A stretch of 64,000 nucleotides of DNA from Amphiscolops sp. MND2022 (taxonomy: Eukaryota). The stretch is taken from NCBI GenBank assembly GCA_964187785.1, contig OZ076409.1:31746001-31810000 (forward strand), written 5' to 3'. Positions 24,249-35,386 of the stretch are shown here, in pieces. How positions within the stretch are numbered: the first letter of the stretch is position 1; each line of letters opens with the position of its first letter. The notes beneath the pieces are model-generated. The model was not told the DNA's origin. It ran no database searches and saw only the letters and a program-made list of their open reading frames with translations. Made by a program: the position numbers and the translations under genes.

Positions 24249-24504
24249 AAGCATGTTACGATACTTCAACCCCCCAGGTTGGACAGAAACAGAATCGGCC
24301 GACAATTTAAGCGTGAGTCAGCTGGCGTCATTTCCTCTGGCCAGTTTTTACAAGACATACGAACAAGGACTCCGTAAACTCATGTCACGTCAAGTTGAAA
24401 AGCAACAGCAGCAAAAAATGTTGGATCAGCAGAAGTTGTTGAATGCTGAAGTTCTGGAATTCAAACAAGCCACCATATCTGTCGTTAACCGCCTTTGCCC
24501 GCAA
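24249..24504 (+). CDS. MORC2: MORC2-like host gene exon (C-terminal conserved block and coiled coil)
   Basis: gttgcag acceptor and caa|gtcagt donor. Spliced peptide NFRSMLRYFNPPGW..SQLASFPLASFYKTYEQGLRKL matches my recollection of the MORC2 C-terminus ([34 protein letters not shown]), followed by a Q/K/E-rich coiled coil. Confidence 0.8.
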
Positions 24505-24754
24505 GTCAGTTGGCCTGTTGTTGTGATCTCGCTTTTTGATATATTTTGTATTTGCATATTTTAAAAAATGTTTAATCGATGTTGACATATTTTCAAATTT
24601 ACTTGTCTTTACTTCGAGACTGGTGAAAGTTGGACTTGTTGGTACATTTTTTGATCGTCGATAAATATAGCTTGTAATCTTGGCAACGGCATTATGAATG
24701 GTTTTTTGTTGAGGTCATTGAAGTGTGCAAAAAATTCACTAAGGGACTTTTTAG

Positions 24755-25039
24755 GGCGCACCCGTTGATTCTGCTGACTTGAACGCATGGACTTCATTCT
24801 TGCGAGGTGTTTACACAGCCTTTTCGAATGAAGAAATGGAAGACGACGACAGGAGTAACGTTACGACTTCGTCAGTGAATGGAGCAGTAGTGATCGCTGC
24901 AAACGAAGCCACTACCAATGGCGCTCAATCTTACAATGTCAATGGAGCCCAGACCATGACATCTGAAGCCACCACCGCCGCCGCACTAGTTAATGGAGGC
25001 AGCGATGATTCTGCTTTCGAAGAACCTGAAATGACATAA
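24755..25039 (+). CDS. Probable last coding exon of the MORC2-like gene
   Basis: cttttag acceptor, phase 0, in frame with ORF 24779..25039 (GAPVDSADLNAWTSFLRGV...FEEPEMT*), followed by AT-rich UTR-like sequence. Confidence 0.6.
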   Translation, partial: GAPVDSADLNAWTSFLRGVYTAFSNEEMEDDDRSNVTTSSVNGAVVIAANEATTNGAQSYNVNGAQTMTSEATTAAALVNGGSDDSAFEEPEMT

Positions 25040-26085
25040 CTAAGAACTACTTGAAGAGCCATCCTGAAAGCTATATGTCAACAAGCCATCTTCACACATG
25101 TGAATTAATCGAAACGGCTGATGAAAATCATAACAAATTGGTTTTTTATTTTATCCATTCATTCTTCCTCTTTATATTGATTTCTCAATTTTATTCATAA
25201 TGCTGAGACATTTCGATAGCAATTTTCATCTACATTCCGGTACCATCGTAGGATGGAATGTTGAATTGTTCAAAACAAAATTCATTCAAACACCGGTCTA
25301 AACAATTTGTATTGAATAGATTTCTTTGCACTCTGTTCACTTAAGCACCTTTGCATTTATCATTTCGTGGTTCCATTTGCTTGGACACGCGGTACTTGAA
25401 TGCAAATACCTATTTCTTTTCTTCTGTCCGGTTCCTTTGATCCATTTCCTTTTGTTTACCAAAGTAATTTGAGTTCGTTTGTTTTCTAGTAACGTAGAAT
25501 ATAATTCAATTGGAATTCAATGTTTTTCGGTCCGAGGATCAATGTACTTCCAGAGAATTCAGTGTCATTTCACCGCAAAACCATTTCATCCCAGAATCTT
25601 TCACCACACAACCCCCCCACCTTTTAATTATTCAAATACGTCTCAGGTTAATTACTAATCACTTAATTACATCAAAGTGCTAAAAGAACATCGCGTTCAA
25701 TTTGATAAACCAGTTAGATAAACAAATGATGACTGCTACGTGAATCACGAAAACGGAACAAAAATTTCACTCTGAAGTAATCGATCCGAGGATCAATGTA
25801 CTTCCAGAGAGTTCAGTATCATTGTAATACGGTTGATTCCGAATGACCTTTACCGAGTTTCGGTCTAGACTCTTTACTCAGACAGCCTAACAAGTTGTTT
25901 ACTAACAAACTTGAAATCATGAAATTACCATTTATATACATTTGATATATACTTTGGATAAAGATCAGTCGTTCAAAAATACAGTTTATATTTTATCGTT
26001 TTGTCCTATCTTAGTATAGATTAGTAATACAACATGGCGCAGTCAGCCAATTTTTAACAAAAAATTACAACGAACTCTTAACAAA

Positions 26086-27402
26086 ATGGCAGAACGAAAC
26101 ACAAGACCAAACCTAGAAGCAAAAGCCGCAGACGGAAACCCGGTTTTCACACCGAAACAATGGCTAGAGCGATTCCGGCAATTCTGCAAACGGGAACATA
26201 AAATAGATATCGCACCAATACTAAAAGGTGAAGAAATTACGGAAACCAATTGGACCGGAAAAGAACAAGCCATACAAGAAGATTTCATATGGGGTGTGGG
26301 ACCGGAAGCACTCTATCAGATAACACGGGCCGAATACAAAACGGAACCCGACAGTATAAAAATAAAAGACCTAATCCGGTTATTCACCGAGTTCTACATG
26401 CCGAAAAGAAACACTTACCACAACCGAGGAGACTTTTTCTGGGCGAAGCAGACCGAAGATGAAACACCCGAAGAATTCTGGAGACGGTTAATCGAAATCG
26501 AAAAGGAATGCAATATCACTACAATTTCGGCCGAAGAACTACTAATATCAAAATACATGACTGCAATCACCGATAAAAAGTTACGGGACAAAATAATGAA
26601 AGAAAAAACTCTGGAGATGAAGAAGATAATCGACCTAATCAAACAAAATACATACGAAAAGAAAAATAAAAAGAATACAATACCAGAAGCTTTAATATCG
26701 ACGAAAGAAAAACACATAATAAAAGAAGAGCCGATACAAAGAATGGAAAGATTCGGAACAAGACCGAAAAATAAAAACTTCGGTAACCGACCGTGCAGAT
26801 TTTGTAGTGCTCCAAATTGGACACCATTACACAAATGTCCAGCAACAGATGCGAACTGCAACAAGTGCGGTAAGAAAGGACACTACGCGAAAGCATGCAG
26901 ACAGAAATTCAACAACAACCGAACAGTGAAAAGACTAACCGAAGACGAAATGAACGAACCGAACGAATCATCATACGAGTCAGAAGAAAGCATACACCAC
27001 ATGAAAGAAATAAAGAAAATTGAAGAAACGAACAAACACTACACCGCGAACGTGGAAATCAACGGAATAATGAAAGAATTCATAATTGACACCGGATCTC
27101 CAATATCAATAATGCCTCCGGATAAACGAATAATGAACCCAACCGAACTACAGAAAGTATCTAACCGATACCAAGATGTTAACAAGAATGAAGTAAAATT
27201 TCGGGGAAAAATTCCGATAAACGTTGAATACGAAAATAACAAACAGAAAATGGAAGTTTTGATTACCGAAAGAACCGACATCACACCTTTGTTAGGTATG
27301 GACTGGATGAAAACGTTCAAATTAACTGTCGGGAAGATACAATTGGCCGAAAACAACCAATCAGAAAGAGAAAATATTCGGAAAATTTCAAGACCTATTT
27401 GA
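26086..27402 (+). CDS. Gypsy gag-protease (open up to a frameshift before RT)
   Basis: CRFC..H.C plus CNKCGKKGHYAKAC knuckles, and protease FIIDTGS. Confidence 0.85.
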   Translation: MAERNTRPNLEAKAADGNPVFTPKQWLERFRQFCKREHKIDIAPILKGEEITETNWTGKEQAIQEDFIWGVGPEALYQITRAEYKTEPDSIKIKDLIRLFTEFYMPKRNTYHNRGDFFWAKQTEDETPEEFWRRLIEIEKECNITTISAEELLISKYMTAITDKKLRDKIMKEKTLEMKKIIDLIKQNTYEKKNKKNTIPEALISTKEKHIIKEEPIQRMERFGTRPKNKNFGNRPCRFCSAPNWTPLHKCPATDANCNKCGKKGHYAKACRQKFNNNRTVKRLTEDEMNEPNESSYESEESIHHMKEIKKIEETNKHYTANVEINGIMKEFIIDTGSPISIMPPDKRIMNPTELQKVSNRYQDVNKNEVKFRGKIPINVEYENNKQKMEVLITERTDITPLLGMDWMKTFKLTVGKIQLAENNQSERENIRKISRPI

Positions 27403-30400
27403 AAACAACAAAACAATAAAAGATACCGAAATAAATATCCAGCTTAAACCGGGACACTTCCCGATCAAACAAAAAGCAAGACCGGTACCACTACATCTAC
27501 AAGAAGATGTCGAAAGAGAATTGAAGAAATTAATCCGAACCGGACATCTAGAAAAAATCAATGATGTAGATGAAGACTGTTTTGTATCACCGGTAGTGAT
27601 CACAGTGAAAAGTGATAAATCGGTAAAGATAGCACTCGATTCACGAAAACTAAATGACAGCTGCATAATAATGAGACCACACGTGCCGAATATGGAAGAA
27701 CTGTTGAACCAAATTTCGGTGGAAATTACGCGCGACCGGACAGTACAATTATTTATGTCAAAGATCGACTTGGAAAATGCATATGGACAAATGAAACTAT
27801 CAGAAGAAACAAGCAGACAATGCGTATTCGCACTAACCGGAGGAAATTTCAGCGGATATTACCGATTTAAAGAAAGGGTTTTACGGTCTTGCCGACATAC
27901 CCACAATTTTCCAGGAGAAAATTGACCGAACACTTGAATATTGTACACCGGCATGGTTGGACGACATAATCATAGTAACACGGGGAAGTAAACAAGACCA
28001 CGAGAAGAAATTGTTTGACGTCCTAGATAAATTAGAAAAAGCCGGATACCGGGCAAGCAAAAAGAAATCCGAATTCTTCTTGAAGGAAACAAAATGGCTC
28101 GGACATTAAATTAATGAAAACTGGATAAAACCGAACGATCAGAAAGTGGAAGCAATACTAAATTTAAAACCACCGGAGAACACAGAAGACCTGAAATCAT
28201 TTTTCGGTGCTATACAATATATGGCAAAATTCCTACCGAAACTTTCGGAACAAACAGATTGACTGAGAAAATTATTGAAAAAGAACGAACCATGGATATG
28301 GGGACCGGAAAAAGAGACGGATTTTAACCAAATAAAAAGATGTTAACCGAAGGTCCATGTTCAGCACACTATGCGAAAGACAAAGACAACATGGTGACAA
28401 TCGATGCCAGTAAAACCGGACTCGGAATAACACTATGGCAAAAACAGGACAACGGAAGCATAAAACCGATTGCATACGGAAGCAGATATTTAAATGATAC
28501 CAAAAAAACTTACTCAATCGGTGAATTGGAATTACTAGCAGTAGTTTGGGGATTAGAAAAGTTCCAATTTCATCTTTACGGAAAGAAAGTGTACCTATAC
28601 ACAGACCACCAAGCACTAGAACCACTAATAAAACGAAACCGATGCAACGAACAATACAGTGCAAGATTAACTCAGTGGCTAGACCGATTGGCACATTTTG
28701 ACATCGCAATACAACATATCGCGGGAAGCAATTTGAAATTCACGGACTACCTCAGTAGAAGTCTGGTAGGGGGAGCTACACCGGAAGATAATTACGATGA
28801 AGAATATGTAATTAACATATTATCCGAACAAGCGAAACTGAACGCAAGCGAAACTGAACGCAAAATACGGACAATTATTCGCCGACCAATCAGATAACAG
28901 CAAACGCGCGACCGAAACAAAGAGCGACAGATCGGAAAGCAAAATTGAACAACAAAACAACCAATCACAAACGATTAGAATATTCGAGAACAAAAACGGC
29001 GTGAACAAAATAAGCCGAAGCGAGAAGAATACATCCGGGCAGTCCGATATTAGCGCCTTAAAATCAAGTTACTCTTTGAAACATCGAAAGATTACTCAAA
29101 AGAAGAATTTAAATCCGGAAACTACCGAAATGGATAGAGAACTTTTATCATTGGGGCGCAACAAGGGAAATCATGGAAATAATTCGGAAGAGAAATAAAA
29201 GCCCGGAGACACGCAGACTTGTTGAGCTGAGAAACAACCTATCGAGGCCGGGAACGCTGGAAGGAGATACGATCCGCACACACAACGGACAATATTCGCA
29301 CCAACTCGTCCAAATAAACTTAGCCGAGAAGAAATCGCGGAAATAGACGCGGAGCTGCTACAAAGAACAAATCGACTCGGGGGAGGCTACCAACCACTAA
29401 CCGAAGAAACTGCAGAGCCCGAAAACGCAGAAGAAGGCGAAATTGAACCCGAACAGCCGGGGACAGAGGAAGACAGTTTAATCCTGAGAGGAGACAACTT
29501 GCCAATAGTGGACCTGAGCAAATTCAACACAGAAGGAAAAGAGGCCCCCTACATCCAAATAAATCATATTGTGGGAAAGTTATCCGGAAACAAAAAGATA
29601 ACCGAAGACACAATAAAGAAAGCTGAATTCGAGTTCATGATGGACCTAAAGACCCTGATAGCAAGAACAGCCATCGACCCCGAACTCACAAGAGTTAGAA
29701 TCAGTATGAGACGGGAAGACAGAGAGGCAACTCCCGAAGGATACAAGCCAGTATTCGGAAAACTCTCTATTCGATGGGGACTTATATTTATGGATGACCA
29801 GATCGTAGTTCCGGTAGACCTCCGAAGACGACTATTCGACATCCTACATTGCGGTCATGCCGGTTTGACGAAGATGACAGCCGAAGCCAAAATTTTTTGG
29901 AGGCCGAACATTACCCGGGATATCGAGAATAAGGCAAAAGACTGCCCTGCCTGCCTCGCCTCAAGTAAAAATTTAAAATATCAACTACCGAACAGTCACT
30001 ACGGAAAATTGAAAACATTAACCGAACCGGGCCAAGAAATACAAATCGATTTTACCGGAAAACTCCATAACAAAAAAATAAACGGAGACGTACAAATCTT
30101 AATAGCGATAGATCGTTTTAGCAAATGGCCTACGGTAAAAACTTGCAAAACCACCGAAACGAAAGAAGTTATAAATTTCTTAATAAATAACTTTAATTTA
30201 TAAGGGATACCGGAAAAAATCAAATCCGATAAAGGGGGGCCTTTATCTCAAAAGAGTATAGAGAATTTTGCAAAAGCCGAAATATAGAAATCGAATACTG
30301 TACACCCCGCTTACATACGGGAAATGGAGCCGTCGAACGGGCGATACAAACCTTGAAAAATTTAATGCTAACCAATCTGGAAGAAGGAATCGAATTGAAC

Positions 30401-31291
30401 GAAAGTATAAATCGGGCACTCCGAGTAATGCGTTTTACAATACATACCGGACTAAAAAGAACGCCATTCGAACTACATCACGGTAGGAAACCGAGAACCG
30501 AATTAACTAACATAAGACGGAAAAACGTATTTATCGGATTGGTCAGAAATATCTATTTCAGCACCAAATAAACCGAAGATTCCCATCTATGTGGGCCGGG
30601 ATGCCGATGGTGAAATCACAAATCACATAATTATGGCAAAGACCAAGGCAGAAGAAAAACAGGCAAACGAAGGCCCAAAATCACTGAAGAAGAAAAGTTC
30701 GGTTAGATATCCTTTTCAGTTTGTAGAAAAAATCATAACAAAAAATAACTTGAAGGGAGATTCCAAAAGAAAATACAAACCGCAATTGACGGAACCGAAA
30801 ATACCGTAAAAACAGATACGGGAAAAATAATACACCGAAAATTTGTTTCGGGACCATTGTTTCAGACCGAGAAGAAAAACCCGAAAGATACGGCATTGAC
30901 TGATGCCGAAAATACACCGAAGAACCGACACTGCCTGAGAGGGCTGGACGGAAAGTACGGCCGATGGTATGAGATACTGCCCGACATCCTGAACGGCAAA
31001 CTCAAGATCGTCCAGAACCGGAAAGTCAGTGTATCGTAAACAGAAGATGAATACGACGATGATGAAATGCCGGAAGAAACCGGTAACCGAACATATGACA
31101 CATCAGAACGAAATGGCCGGTATCAGCCGATACGAACCAACCCCGAGGAGGACGCAATCCAAATCCATACGGATGGCGACGAAATCCCACAGGGTGAGAA
31201 CACTGATAATAAAATACGGCGATCTAGCCGAAACATAAACAAACCGAACAGATACGGTAGCGTACCTTATACTGGAAATTTTTGGGAATAA
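27400..31291 (+). pseudogene. Gypsy RT-RNase H-integrase, frameshifted
   Basis: ALDSRKLN, SKIDLENAY, WLDDIII, DASKTGLG..YSIGELELLAV..YTDHQAL, H..GH..C..C, IQIDF and GNGAVERAI. Confidence 0.9.
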
Positions 31292-31744
31292 AAATAAAAA
31301 TGTTCATGTTGTTACAGGTTCAAACTGGATCATTCGAAAAGGAACACCAGCGCCACAGATGACACACAAACCGGCTGACTTCATGCCCGAGGACACAACC
31401 CCTCCAGGAACCCCAAAAACAAACGGAAGAAAGCTCAGAGAGAGAGGAGGAGGAAATGTAATACGGTTGATTCCGAATGACCTTTACCGAGTTTCGGTCT
31501 AGACTCTTTACTCCTTAGACAACCTAACAAGTTGTTTACTAACAAACTTGAAATCATGAAATTACCATTTATATACATTTGATATATACTTTGGATAAAG
31601 ATCAGTCGTTCAAAAATACAGTTTATATTTTATCGTTTTGTCCTATCTTAATATAGATTAGTAATACAACAATCATTTCACCGCAAAACCTATTCATCCC
31701 AGAATCTTTCACCACACAACCCCCCACCTTTTAATTATTAATAT

Positions 31745-32270
31745 TTCTGCTTTAGCAGGAATTTTATTGAAATCTGAAAACGCCTACTTATTTTTTTTCA
31801 GAACAATTTTTCGGACGATCTGAATAATTCAGATATTTTGTTCGACAGTGAGTGTAAGCGAGAGATTTAAATTCAATTCCAGTGCGATGGAACGAGCGAG
31901 TGGTAATTATCCATTCGTATGCTGACGTCATTGAGATGAAGCGAGCGAATGTTCGTAATTGTGCTTTCGTTGCCCCGAGTTATTGAGATGAAGCGAATGA
32001 GTGTTAATTATTCGTTCTTTGAGAGCTTCGCCTGCATTCAAATGCGAATGCGAAACTTCGTCTACGCTTAGTAGTTATATCTTCTTTAGTCCGAGAAAAA
32101 TTAGTGTAAACTTGTACAGTGATTACATGTAATTGTGCGCTAAATAATGAATAAACAAGAATGTATTGGTATTCCAGATATGATTCTTTTATTAAAAATT
32201 TTTTTGTTTAAAAAAAGATTAAAGCAGAAATAGTACTGAGCCCCGGAGGGGCCTATTTTTCAAATAAGTC
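31745..32270 (+). repeat. Dispersed repeat homologous to ~18640-19970 but lacking the family A HINE
   Basis: Shares TTGAGATGAAGCGAA..GAGAGCTTCGCCTGCATTCAA..CGTCTACG.TTAGTAGTTA and downstream GTGTAAACT.GT.CAGTGATTA..ACTG.GCCCCG. Confidence 0.7.
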
Positions 32271-32850
32271 TCAGGTTAATTACTAATCACTTAATTACAT
32301 CAAAGTGCTAAAAGAACATCGCGTTCAATTTGATTACCAGTTAGATAAACAAATGATGACTGCTACGTGAATCACGAAAACGGAACAAAAATTTCATTCT
32401 GAAGTAATTTTTGTAAGCAATGCTGCACTGGAAACTTTCTTTTTGTCACTTGCCAATTATTCAGAGCGACTTCAGTTTCGAGGACATCAGATATACAATT
32501 CAACGTAAAAGAAGTAAATAGTCATCCAAAGACAACAGTTTTTCATCCCTGGTAGTTTGCAAATTTGCGTTTCGAATTCAGTAAAGTATTCCGGCGTAAG
32601 CTGAATGTTATTTTTCCAGACTTTCATCATTCCATTCACAGCCTCTCTAAGTATTACCTACTTCAATTCTGGTAGCAGTGAGGCAGCGCTGTTCCAAGTT
32701 TTTAGCTAGCTTAATTGTAGCAGCGAGACGGCGCTGCTATTTGAGATAAAGCGAACAAGTAATTATTCGTATGCCGAGAGCTTTGCCTGTATTCAAACAC
32801 CAAATCAAAACAGCTTATGCGTAATGGGATACGCATATTAGTTGTTTATA

Positions 32851-33528
32851 GTTGAGTTGGAAAAAATTTTCGACTACTTATGCAATCGTGACGTTTTTAG
32901 TCGGCGCTTCATGAAGTGAAACGCGACTATTATTTCTTCTTCTCCCAACCTTTCAATGAAATTTTAATTTTCTCAGAAACTCCATACAATTTCCATGTCA
33001 TTTTACACCCAAAGGAGCCATTTTTAGACTTTTTTCGATCTCAAAATTTGTTCATACGATTCGAACGAAAATTCCCACAATCATTCTACACCATGCTAGA
33101 GTCCTATATGTGCAATGGCATCAAAATCGTATGGCTGGGATCTGAGAAACAGCCAGAATTAGCCCAAAAATGACAAACAACAGCCATTTTTGGACTTCTC
33201 AGTTTTCTCAATAACTCCATACGATTCGAACAAAATTTTTGCCAGTCATTCAGCATATTGGAGTCCTATAGGTGGTGCATTGGCATCAAAATCGTATGAC
33301 GGATCTGAGAAACGAGGCCAAAATTAGCCCAAAAATACCAAAAAATGGTCATGTTTGGACTTTTTTTCGATTTTCTCAAACACTTTAGGCTTTGAAAGAA
33401 TTTTATGTAGTCTTTTTACACTATGTAAGGGCTTATGTGCAATTTCATCAAAATGGTATGACTGGGATTCGATTGAATCAGAAGGAAAACACCTAAGCCG
33501 ACTCCTTTACCGCACATGCGGCTCTGGT
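32851..33528 (+). mobile_element. Diverged HINE family A copy containing a family B head
   Basis: Head aaaaaattttcgactacttatgcaatcgtg, then tttttAGTCGGCGC..CGCGACT at ~32894, degenerate 171-bp units, and the end AAGCCGACTCCTTTACCGCACATGCGGCTCTGG. Confidence 0.65.
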
Positions 33529-33756
33529 GTCTTTGTTCTAGTAGCAATGCTTAAAGTCCAAGGTTTGCGCAACATGTCTTTTCATGATTGTTCATTTGTT
33601 TTCAGATTGAAGAAAACTGATTGCTTGTTTTAATGTCAGTATTCGCAATCAAAGGCGAGTACTGGTAGGATTAAATATGCGCTATACGTAATAGAAGCAT
33701 GAGGCATTCTAGGCAGGGGATCGATTTAGTGAGTAACAACGTTTCGCCGCTATTTA

Positions 33757-34754
33757 CTAGGTGAATCAAAAAAAACGGAACGTACAAATTTTTTCGATCT
33801 CTCAAAGTTTCAAATATTTGTCAACAAAAGTTTCACAATATCTTTGAACGATGCACAATATCTTTGAACGATGCTGTCAATCATTCAAATTGGCAACTTT
33901 ACTTCGAAGTGAAAGAACTTTCACACTTTAAAAGTGAGAGCGAAACGATTGGTCAAGAAGTCTAGACTTTGTACGATGGTTCGAACCATCCTTATTGGGA
34001 GATGTGATTACGTAACAGTAGCTTCATTCTAAATGACTGACAGAAAATTTGAAAGATTCTCGGTCTCTTGTTTACAAAAATTACGATTTTAAGGACGCAA
34101 ATTTTTGTGCGTTCCGTTTTTAGTCGGCGCATTTTAGTAGAAAATGTGCCCGACTCTTACAGTGGGTAGTTTTTTTAGACACGAAAGTTCCACTTTTCTT
34201 TCTGTGTCTTTTCTTTTTGTTCTTTGTTCAGTTCATTTCTTCAACAACTTGGCGAACCTAAGAAGCGCGTCCAAAACGAAAAAGAAAACAAAACAAACAG
34301 AACCTCGACAACACACTAACGATCTCCCCTAAGCCTCCCCCCTCTTTTTTTCGGCACTATGCGACTTCTTTTTAAAGGTCCCCCCTTTATTTGTTCCGAT
34401 ATTTTAAAACACAATGGATGTCAGAAAATTCCAAAGGGTCCCCCCTTTTACATTTTTCGGCACTGTGACACTTCAAAAATCATTTAAATTTTTTTTGGGC
34501 AATTTGTTTCAGTCCTTAAAGGGTCCCCCCTTCAATTTTTTTTCGTATTTTGCAACCAGCTGGAGTTTCACAAAGCCCAAAGGGTCCCCCCTTTTACATT
34601 TTTCGACACTGTGACACTGTTCAATTCATTTTTTTTGATATTTTGCCACCAGCTGGAGTTTCACAAAACCCAAAGAGTCCCCCCTTTTACAATTTTGAGC
34701 CTTAGATATAGCGCCGACTTTGGCCGTTCTCGGCTTGTTTTTTGGTTCACCTAG
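33757..34754. mobile_element. Tc1/mariner-type MITE with a HINE inserted in its right TIR
   Basis: TA-CTAGGTGAATCAAAAAAAACGGAACGTACAAA ... TTTGTGCGTTCCGTTTT[insert]TTTGGTTCACCTAG-TA. Confidence 0.85.
34117..34738 (+). mobile_element. HINE family B copy
   Basis: AGTCGGCGC (34122) and GCGCCGACT (34711) sub-TIRs, GCCGTTCTCGGC hairpin, TTGTTT end. Internal aagggtcccccc repeats. Inserted in a T-run. Confidence 0.8.
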
Positions 34755-35386
34755 TACGACTTCAAAATTACGTATTACTTACGACACGAAGATGACGCAA
34801 CCGATCACAAAAACAGAGCTGACCAAAAACAACGTCATCAGCAATTAAAATCAATGGTTGAAGAAACAGCGACTAACAAGAGTGGAATGGTTTTTTCCAT
34901 TGAGACAACCGACAAGTGAGTTTGAAAGATAGTACTTTTCCGAGTCACAAGTAGTACTTTGCACAAATCCTGATTCTCTCGCCTTATTTCTTTCTTGTCC
35001 GATCTGCTGTTATACAGGTTTGAACCTCAGCCTATCCTAAATGTTAAGTAAGTATTTGTGTAAGGACTACTCTTTTGGCAAAGTGGAAAACAATGATGGT
35101 TCAACACAAGGGAATTTTCTCCACATGTGTTTTGGTGAATGTTCACTCGTGAACAATTCCTGCTTGAATTGAAAACAAGACAAATTGATATTGAAAATTT
35201 GAGCATCGGTTCCGGAAAACTTGCAACAGACATTGGTTATGATTCAATGATGGTGTCTGACGAAGAACGTGATGATGGCTTGAGGCATCTCAACTTTGAG
35301 GCTGTAAAACTGTTCGAACGCTTGTTGTCATGGCTGGACCAAGTTCAACAAATTGAATTTTTGCAAGCTATTGTTTCCAATCTTCA

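Larger units (their letters stand above)
25823..31671 (+). mobile_element. Full-length Ty3/Gypsy (Mag-like) LTR retrotransposon, inactivated
   Basis: LTRs 25823-26034 and 31457-31671 (TGTAAT..CAACA, near-identical). 5-bp TSD ATCAT. PBS TGGCGCAGTC (tRNA-Ser-like) at 26035. PPT agagaggaggaggaaa. Order gag-PR-RT-RH-INT. Confidence 0.95.

Noticed and set aside
23876..24564. ORFs 23876..24310 and 24253..24564 as independent genes
   Set aside because: They are better explained as exons of the MORC2-like gene with read-through into introns.
26043..31101. Minus-strand ORFs across the Mag-like element (and + strand ORFs over the copia)
   Set aside because: They are antisense shadows of gag-pol with composition-driven sequence and no motifs.
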